A stretch of DNA of 64,000 nucleotides from Deltaproteobacteria bacterium (GTDB taxonomy: Bacteria; Myxococcota_A; Polyangia; Fen-1088). The position numbers and the translations under genes were made by a program. The stretch covers positions 188,493 through 252,492 of the forward strand of contig JANRKS010000011.1 in NCBI GenBank assembly GCA_033763315.1. Direction: 5' to 3'. The first letter of the stretch is position 1. Each line of letters opens with the position of its first letter. Below the pieces are notes generated by a model. The model had not been told where the DNA came from and made no database searches. It was given only the letters and a program-made list of their open reading frames with translations. Positions 56,945 to 64,000 of this stretch are shown here, one piece after another.

Positions 56945-58666
56945 ATGTCTGACAACAAAAAAGCCCTGCGCAGCGCTCGTTGGTTTGCGGATCCCGGTAT
57001 GCGCGGGTTTGCGCACCGCCAACGCCTGCAGCAAGTGGGCTTTCGGCGTGAAGAGTTCATGGGCAAGCCCGTGGTGGCCATCGTGAACACCTGGAGCGAA
57101 ATCTCGCCTTGCCATTTTCATTTGCGCGAGCGCGCGGAGGCTGTAAAGCGCGCCGTGTGGGCCGCGGGTGGTTTCCCTTTAGAGTTGCCGGCGCTGTCTT
57201 TGGGCGAGGTAATGGTGAAACCCACCACGATGATGTACCGGAACCTCCTGGCCCTCGAAGCGGAAGAGCTTCTGCGGTCTCATCCGGTGGATGGGGCCGT
57301 GTTGTTAGGCGGCTGTGACAAAACGGGTCCGGGATTGGTGATGGGCGCGCTGAGCATGAACCTGCCCGCGGTGTTTTGCCCGGCCGGCTTTATGGCCAGC
57401 GGTCAACACAAAGGCGAACGCGTGGGCGCGGGCACCCACACGCAAAAGTTCTGGGGCGAATACCGCGCCAACAAGATCGACGAAGCCGAGATGGTTCACC
57501 TTGAAACGGTGATGACCCGTTCGATCGGCACGTGCAACACGATGGGCACGGCGTCGACGATGACATCGCTTATCGACGCGATGGGCTTGTGCCTTCCGGC
57601 GGCGTCATCGATCCCCGCCATAGACGGTGGCCACACACGCATGGCGTCCGCGTGTGGCGAACTCATCGTCAGCATGATTCGCGAAGATCGAACGCCGCGG
57701 GCGCTGGTCACGCGTGGCTCGGTCAACAATGCGGCGGTGGCGTATCTGGCTTTGGGGGGCTCCACAAACGCCGCCATTCACTTGCTGGCCATCGCGAAGC
57801 GTGCCGGTGTTGATTTCACGCTGGCCGATCTCGACGCCCTGGCCAGGCGTGTGCCGGTGTTGGCCAATGTGTTTCCCGCGGGCCAATTTTTGATGGAGGA
57901 TTTCTTTTTTGCAGGCGGGTTGCGCGCGCTGCTGTCGCGCGTGCAAGATCATCTGGATCTTGATGCCCGCCTCGTCACTGGCCAAACGATGCGCGAAGCT
58001 TTGGAGGGCGCGCGTGTGCTCAACGATGAAGTGATTCGTCCGGTCACCCGGCCCGTGTCATCGCAACCGGGCTTGGCTGTGTTGCGAGGCAACCTGGCGC
58101 CCGAAGGCTGCGTGATCAAACCCACGGCCGCCACGCCCGCGCTGATGCACCACACGGGCCCGGCGCTGGTGTTTGATTCGATGGCAGAACTGGTGGCAGG
58201 CATCGACGACCCGGCGCTTGACGTGACACCTCAAACCGTTCTCGTGCTGCGCGGCGCAGGCCCGCAAGGCGCGCCGGGCATGCCAGAGTGGGGCGCACTG
58301 CCCATTCCGAAAAAGCTGCTGGCGCAAGGTGTGCGAGACATGGTGAGGCTTTCCGACGCGCGTATGAGTGGAACCCACGGTGGCACGTGCGTGTTGCACA
58401 TTTCACCGGAGTCAGCGGTGGGAGGCCCCTTGGCCTTGGTGCGCACGGGTGACATGATATCGCTTGATGTGTCCGAGCGGCGCTTGACCTTAAACGTCTC
58501 TGACGAAGAGCTGCGGCAACGCAAAGCCGCTTGGGTGCCTCCCACGGCGGCGTATGAGCGTGGCTACGGCGCGCTGTTTTTGCAGCACGTGCAGCAGGCG
58601 CACGAGGGCTGCGATTTCGATTTCTTGGCAAAGCACGCCCCCAACCCCGAACCCGAGATCTATTAG
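56945..58666 (+). CDS. IlvD/Edd-family sugar-acid dehydratase, probably 6-deoxy-6-sulfogluconate dehydratase
   Basis: GGCDKT, GTCNTMGTASTM, GGSTNA, GAPGMPE, SDARMSGT; specificity inferred from context and recalled motifs. Confidence 0.8.
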   Translation: MSDNKKALRSARWFADPGMRGFAHRQRLQQVGFRREEFMGKPVVAIVNTWSEISPCHFHLRERAEAVKRAVWAAGGFPLELPALSLGEVMVKPTTMMYRNLLALEAEELLRSHPVDGAVLLGGCDKTGPGLVMGALSMNLPAVFCPAGFMASGQHKGERVGAGTHTQKFWGEYRANKIDEAEMVHLETVMTRSIGTCNTMGTASTMTSLIDAMGLCLPAASSIPAIDGGHTRMASACGELIVSMIREDRTPRALVTRGSVNNAAVAYLALGGSTNAAIHLLAIAKRAGVDFTLADLDALARRVPVLANVFPAGQFLMEDFFFAGGLRALLSRVQDHLDLDARLVTGQTMREALEGARVLNDEVIRPVTRPVSSQPGLAVLRGNLAPEGCVIKPTAATPALMHHTGPALVFDSMAELVAGIDDPALDVTPQTVLVLRGAGPQGAPGMPEWGALPIPKKLLAQGVRDMVRLSDARMSGTHGGTCVLHISPESAVGGPLALVRTGDMISLDVSERRLTLNVSDEELRQRKAAWVPPTAAYERGYGALFLQHVQQAHEGCDFDFLAKHAPNPEPEIY

Positions 58667-58675
58667 GAGCGAATC

Positions 58676-59428
58676 GTGAATCCGTTTAAGCAAACTTTGG
58701 CGGCTGGCAAAAACTTGCGCGGCTTGTGGCTTGTGAGCGGCAGCCCCACCATCACAGAAGCGATGTCGTTGGCCGGTTGGGATTTTCTGGTGCTGGATCT
58801 CGAGCACGCTCCCGTTTCGGTATGGAATGTCACCGATCATCTGCGGGCGGCGCAGATGGGCAACACACCGCTGATCGTGCGTTTGCCCGATTCGAACGCG
58901 GGCTTCGTGAAGCAAGCGTTGGACGCTGGCGCACAAAACTTGATGTTCCCGTTCATTGAGAATGTTGAAGAGGCGCGACAAGCTGTGGCGCTGACACGCT
59001 ATGCCCCCGAAGGCGTGCGCGGCCTGGCGCGGATGATGCGCGCCAGCCGCTATGGCACCAACCGCGACTACGCCAAACAAGCAAACCAAGACATCACGCT
59101 CATCGCTCAGCTTGAGTCGCTGCAAGCTTTGTCGAAGCTCAAAGATGTGGCGTCGGTGCCAGGCGTGGACGCCTTGTTCATCGGCCCCGGTGATATCTCT
59201 GCCTCGCTTGGTTTGGCGGGTGAGGTTGAACATCCAGACGTCGCCGACACACTCGCACGCGGCTTTGGTGCGTGCCGCGCGCTGGGCAAACCCGTGGGCA
59301 CCATCTTGGGCACCGTGCCCGCCGTCAAGGCGGCGTTTGCGGCAGGATGCACGTTCGCCGCCGTTTCAAGCGATGTGGGCACGCTGATCGCGGCCTCACG
59401 TCAAGCGCAAGCGGCGCTGGCCGACTGA
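58676..59428 (+). CDS. HpcH/HpaI-family aldolase, probably 2-keto-3,6-dideoxy-6-sulfogluconate aldolase
   Basis: LDLEHAP, KQALDAGA, RYAPEGVRG, AQLES, FIGPGDISASLG. Confidence 0.82.
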   Translation: MNPFKQTLAAGKNLRGLWLVSGSPTITEAMSLAGWDFLVLDLEHAPVSVWNVTDHLRAAQMGNTPLIVRLPDSNAGFVKQALDAGAQNLMFPFIENVEEARQAVALTRYAPEGVRGLARMMRASRYGTNRDYAKQANQDITLIAQLESLQALSKLKDVASVPGVDALFIGPGDISASLGLAGEVEHPDVADTLARGFGACRALGKPVGTILGTVPAVKAAFAAGCTFAAVSSDVGTLIAASRQAQAALAD

Positions 59429-59516
59429 AGCGCCGACGGCCGCGCGCACGCAGGCCCCTAGGCATTTGCAATCGCTTTCATAAGCGTAGGAGAGGGCGGG
59501 TGTTTAGGCTGCGGGC

Positions 59517-60940
59517 GTGCAGGCTGGTTTGACGAGCAGCGCGTGGGTGCCAGCGGTGGTGGGCATCGCCTGCGTGATTGTTGGCATTGTTTGGTTGCGT
59601 TTAAGCGCGCTCTTTTCTTTGGCCGCGGGGGCTTTGGCCGTGGCGCTGTTGACGCCCGCGGCGGCGATCCGAGGCGCGCACTTGCAAACTGTGTCAGCGC
59701 CCACGCCCTTGCAGGTGGCACAAGCTGACCAAATGAAATGGCCGGCAAGCCGCCCGGGGAAAGGGTGAGCCTCGCGTTTGGGGCGGCGGCGGGGAAGGTG
59801 GGCCTGCTGATTCTCTTTGCGTGCGTGGTGGGCGAATGCCTGCGGGCCACAGGCGGTGCGCGTGCGATCGCCACCGCGGTGTTGCAACTGTTCGGGCCCC
59901 GGCAGGCGGCTGTGGGGCTCGCGACCGCAAGCTTCGTTCTGGCCGTGCCGGTGTTCTTCGACACCCTGTTTCTGCTGATGCTGCCCATCGCGCGTGCGCT
60001 GCGCTTACAGTCGGGGCGCGACTACCTTCTTTACATCCTGGCGATCGTGGCGGGCGGCACCATGGCCCACGCGTTGGTGCCACCCACGCCAGGGCCGCTG
60101 TTCGTGATTGAAGCCTTGGGCGTGGATCTCGTCACCATGATGATCGGCGGCAGCGTCACGGGCATTGTGGCCGCGGCGGCAGGCCTGCTGTACGCGCATC
60201 GCTTGAACAGCCACATGGTGATTCCGCTGCGCGATGAAGACGCAGCGGCGCCCGTGTTGGCCGCTCCCTCGGTTGGTGCTGCCTGGGCCTGCGTGCCGAT
60301 CGCGTTGCCGCTGCTGTTGATTAGTGGGGCCACCTTCGGGGCGCGCGGCGCGATCCCCTGGCCTGCGACGCGCGGCTTCTTTGCGATGATGGGTGAAAAG
60401 AATATGGCCATCGCCGTGGCAGCCGCGGTGGCTTTGGGCATTGCCGCGTGGAAGATGGAAGGGCGAGGCACGATCGCCGCCGTTCTTTCGCGTGCCTTGC
60501 AAACCGCCGCACCCATTGTCCTCATCATTTCAGCGGGTGGCGCGTTCGGAGAAATGCTGAGGCAAACAAACATCGCGGCCCTTTTCGTGGGCCACACGCA
60601 AACATCGTTTTGGTTGATTCCGCTGACAGCGCTGGTGGCGGCGGCTGTGCGAACGGCGCAAGGGTCCGTGACCGTAGCCATGATCACCACTGTGGGAATG
60701 GTGGCGGGGCTCGCCACAAGCGCCACCTTACCCTTTCACCCGGTTTACCTGGCGCTGGCCATCGGCTGCGGCGCAAAGAATTTCGCCTGGATGAATGACA
60801 GCGGTTTTTGGGTCATGGCACGCACGTCTGGCATGACCGAACGCGAAACCTTACGCACCATAAGCGTCATGAACCTCTATATGGCGGCCGCGGGGCTGGT
60901 GGTGGTGATGTTGGGCGCCTGGCTTCTGCCTATGCGGTGA
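59517..60940 (+). pseudogene. GntP-family sugar-acid permease, frameshifted by a 5-bp duplication
   Basis: ORFs 59517..59768 and 59738..60940 join in frame if one AAATG (59731..59740) is removed; PVFFDT, HALVPPTPGP, RTAQGS.TVA, WMNDSGFW. Confidence 0.8.
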
Positions 60941-61061
60941 ATTAGAAGATCGATGCCCGGGTGAACCGCGCGCTCGGCATGAGAACGGGCCCTTAGACCC
61001 TTCCAACGGTCAAGGCTTGGGACGCGCCTGCGATCGAAGCGTGGCGTTGCCATGGGCAGCG

Positions 61062-61513
61062 TTACTTTGTGGGTTGGCGTTTCGCTGGCTCGGAATCAGG
61101 CTGCAGTTCATATTTGCCCGGGCCTTTTAAAGCGATGATGAACCGCTGTGGCTTTGCATGGTCGCTAGACGAACCCTCCACAGTCAAAACGTTCGCGGCC
61201 TTGCCAAAGGTGATAGCGGGGGTACCGAGAGACCAAAGACCAGTAAGTTCTTTGACCTCGACTCCTGCAATAAACTCGAAAGCCTTTATCTCTTCATTCT
61301 CCACAAGCCATTCGATGAACAGCGTTGATCTAATGTGCTCCCAACCGCCGGACTCAATGACAACCCGGTAAAAACCGCTTCGACAGGAATTCGAGCCGCA
61401 GAAGATGCACGACGCGTTTCATCTACCGACCCTGCTTCGGCGAGAGACGGCGAATGTGTGCAGGCGTTAAAGACGAACGTCAAGAGGAAGAGGAACAGGG
61501 GCTTGCAGGTCAT
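61062..61513 (-). pseudogene. Frameshifted lipoprotein gene (orphan immunity-like)
   Basis: MTCKPLFLFLLTFVFNAC lipoprotein start in one frame; plausible continuation GFYRVVIESGGWEHIRSTLFIEWLVENE in another frame near 61375. Confidence 0.5.
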
Positions 61514-61670
61514 GGGTCTCCTCAACAATCACGTGTGAATCGGGGTACACAGGCTTTCCAATTGAGCGCAGGCACGTTGTTCGAGGGCGCTGCGGCCACG
61601 TTGTTTGAGGGGAGCGAACCAAACCCACGCTTCTGACATCAAGTTGCCCAGCCCTTAGGAGCAATAGCAT

Positions 61671-62102
61671 TCACTGTTCACTTGAGGACCCCAATACTTT
61701 CCCATGCTGATCGACGAAGTAGGTTACGTCAGCATGGGGTCCAGTGGATAAACCTTTCCCGATCTCATTGCGTGCCACGTACCCGACTATCCATCGCCAT
61801 GGTTGTCCCACCTGCCACGATTCCTTCGGATACACGTAGATATCGAAGTGTTCGATACTCGATCGCCGATTGTCGGGATCTCTTGAGGCGCGATATCTCT
61901 CGACGGCCTGAAGGACGCCAAACAGTGTGCCAGAAATTTTGCCGGTTTCAGTCGACATCGGCCGATATTCCAATGGAAGGCCCGCGCTAACTTCAGCCGG
62001 TGGCCTTGGCTTCCTACCGGCCCGCTCATGCGTACAGCCCCAAGCAGAAATGAGGATCGCGTACACGCCGAACGTTGCCGCGAACTTATAGTGGACTGAC
62101 AT
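61671..62102 (-). CDS. Putative immunity lipoprotein
   Basis: ATG 62102, lipobox AWGC; start overlaps the stop of an upstream toxin remnant. Confidence 0.6.
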   Translation of the reverse strand: MSVHYKFAATFGVYAILISAWGCTHERAGRKPRPPAEVSAGLPLEYRPMSTETGKISGTLFGVLQAVERYRASRDPDNRRSSIEHFDIYVYPKESWQVGQPWRWIVGYVARNEIGKGLSTGPHADVTYFVDQHGKVLGSSSEQ

Positions 62103-62404
62103 GCCCTGGCCCTCTCCAAATGAATGTCTGACCCAGTGGGCCGCTGAAAATGGGAACTCTGACGAACTCGGCTTGCATTCGGAAGGCTCGATTGACCGTC
62201 GGATCTCTTGCAGTTCTACCTTCACCGGTAATGGCGCTCCAAAGAGCGCCCGCATTTTCGAGATCACGCGGCTAAATCCGCGATCGAATCGGCTGTCATT
62301 GGGATGTGAATGAGCGAACGCCACAATCGTGGCGTCCCGGTTGGTTTCTCGGGCCATCGCCCTGGCGCTAACCTCGGCCTGATTGCCGTCCGAAAACTGG
62401 GATG
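62086..62404 (-). pseudogene. Orphan toxin C-terminal remnant with JAB/MPN-like motif, frameshifted
   Basis: IVAFAHSHP...GFS then DLENA in the adjacent frame near 62268; second frame ends at TAA 62086. Confidence 0.5.
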
Positions 62405-62968
62405 TCAGTGGCTTGTCAAAATCAACACCTCACCATCTCCTGAGGGCGGATTAGGCGCGAGATATCGAACAGAAGCACGCCGGTCTTTCGCATTGAACGC
62501 GATTAGTTCCGATGCGAAAAATGGTGGTTCCAACGCTGCTTCGTAGTCGCGGGCAGACGTGCGACCAATGCAGATTACCCAGTCCTTCCAATATACAGCC
62601 GACCAAATGTCGCGAACCAAGAGGCCGTTCGGCAAGGAGACGTGAAGTCCTTTGAAAAGTAGCTTTCCATCCTTTGTCGACAACATGTTCTCAGCGGCAT
62701 ATTTCTTCTTGGCTGTGCGAACCGCATCCCAGTCGATCGAAAATTGATGGCCATCAATCTCAAATCCACCGTTTTTGTTTGAGACAGCGTTCCGCTCCCT
62801 TAGTGCGTTGTTGTGGACGTCGATGACAAGGTAGCCACCTACAGAAGAAACGAAGAGCTTCTCGACTACCGGCGTGTTTCGTGCGCGCGGTGGGCGCGCT
62901 AGTACTGCGAAGCCCGCGCATACCGTCAACAGAAAGACGATCAAGCCAATCGTTCGCTTAGTCACCAC
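62405..62968 (-). CDS. Putative cognate immunity protein (exported)
   Basis: Start overlaps the Rhs stop; signal peptide KRTIGLIVFLLTVCAGFAVLA. Confidence 0.65.
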   Translation of the reverse strand: MVTKRTIGLIVFLLTVCAGFAVLARPPRARNTPVVEKLFVSSVGGYLVIDVHNNALRERNAVSNKNGGFEIDGHQFSIDWDAVRTAKKKYAAENMLSTKDGKLLFKGLHVSLPNGLLVRDIWSAVYWKDWVICIGRTSARDYEAALEPPFFASELIAFNAKDRRASVRYLAPNPPSGDGEVLILTSH

Positions 62969-64000
62969 CCCCGTACCTTTCCGTTTGTTTGAATGGTCGG
63001 CTTGATGCCGAGTTCAGCCGCGAACGCCTTCACCCAGGTGTTGGAATTCGGTCCGTTGTCGTAGTTGTAACGGCTGGATGAAAACTTGTAGTTCACGGCG
63101 GCTGCGGCGGACTCTAGTCGATACAGATCGACAGGGCCCTTTATATCGAACGTGCCGTATGTCGTTACGTCCAGATGCACTACCTCCTTACTGTTGTCCC
63201 AGTTAGCTCCTATGGCGTTAGAGAATGCCTCTCGAGCATTGTCCATTGGCAAAACACGGCCGTCCAAGTTCTTCCCAGACGGACCGCCTTGCGCCAAAAA
63301 TTCTCGGTGGCCACCTGATTGTTCCGTCGATATTACTACTCCTAGGTGCTGCTCAGCGCTTCGGTCCTTGCCGTGGCCCCCGGTGCTCCTTCCGACAATC
63401 GTGAGGGTTGCTTGCGGCTGTGTCTGTTGACTCTCGGCCTTGCTAAACGGCTTCCCCGCCTGTGACTGAGGTCCATCCCGTTCCCCATACCTCGGCGCAT
63501 CCGTAGCCGTCTGTCCATTGCTCGCCCCATTGTCCGCCAATAACCCGCTGTTGGTCGTGGCCGATCTTCCCGCAGTTGCGTTAGCGGTCTGTTGCTTCTG
63601 TGTGCCGCTGATCATGATGTCGCGGGAGGCTGAGCCCTGAGCCACGCGCTGGGCATGAGCGTTGACGATGGCCTTGGCGGCGCCCTCTGAGACGCCAGTT
63701 GACTTTACGGCTTGCACCAACTCGGTCTTCCTCTGCTCTTGCTTCTCTTCGGCCTCCTGCGCCTCCTCCATGGATTGCTTCATCATCTCGTTGAGCATCT
63801 CAAGCTGCATATCATCGACGGCCGAACCCACGCCTGATTCGGAACCACCACCGCCATTTCGGTCGGTGCCCATTTTCCGCATCATGTATTCAGACTCGGC
63901 CCTTCTTTGCGCGTCGTACACCGCATCGTAACCCGTTGGGTCTGTGTAACCCGTTGGGTTGCCAAGCACGTACATGTACCTGTTGTAGCTTTGGCCGAAG
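62962..64000 (-). CDS. Rhs-family polymorphic toxin, C-terminal part (5'-truncated by window edge)
   Basis: Frame open to window end; QSYNRYMYVLGNPTGYTDPTG core boundary motif followed by a ~320-aa variable region. Confidence 0.88.
   Translation of the reverse strand, partial: FGQSYNRYMYVLGNPTGYTDPTGYDAVYDAQRRAESEYMMRKMGTDRNGGGGSESGVGSAVDDMQLEMLNEMMKQSMEEAQEAEEKQEQRKTELVQAVKSTGVSEGAAKAIVNAHAQRVAQGSASRDIMISGTQKQQTANATAGRSATTNSGLLADNGASNGQTATDAPRYGERDGPQSQAGKPFSKAESQQTQPQATLTIVGRSTGGHGKDRSAEQHLGVVISTEQSGGHREFLAQGGPSGKNLDGRVLPMDNAREAFSNAIGANWDNSKEVVHLDVTTYGTFDIKGPVDLYRLESAAAAVNYKFSSSRYNYDNGPNSNTWVKAFAAELGIKPTIQTNGKVRGW

Overview
GC-rich bacterial DNA, most likely Myxococcota/Polyangia (myxobacterial Cys-rich repeats, MXAN_5187-type protein, many Gly-rich lipoproteins, three sigma54 activators). 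No rRNA, tRNA, CRISPR array or transposase was recognised. Four zones: (1) ~2.5-29.4 kb, an apparently uncharacterised sigma54-linked cell-surface cluster: two sensor-less enhancer-binding proteins, a Cyc2-like cytochrome-porin flanked by two cytochrome lipoproteins, a 1208-aa tetraheme lipoprotein, two Cys-rich PstS-like proteins, surface proteins built from five shared modules, an extra signal peptidase I, a TPR membrane protein and an outer-membrane barrel; it is interrupted by an ars operon (arsC-arsR-acr3, an apparently exported ArsC-like protein and a DsbD-like protein). (2) 29.4-52 kb, mostly housekeeping or conserved genes (NtrC-type regulator, kamA, gltA, agmatinase family, namZ, nadD, dam and others). 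(3) 52.2-60.9 kb, a gene set matching the lower sulfoglycolytic Entner-Doudoroff pathway, whose GntP permease is broken by a 5-bp duplication. (4) 61-64 kb, the 3' end of an Rhs toxin with immunity gene and decayed toxin/immunity modules. All product calls come from motif recognition by eye; no database search was run. Several starts were moved from the ORF track to better RBS-supported codons.
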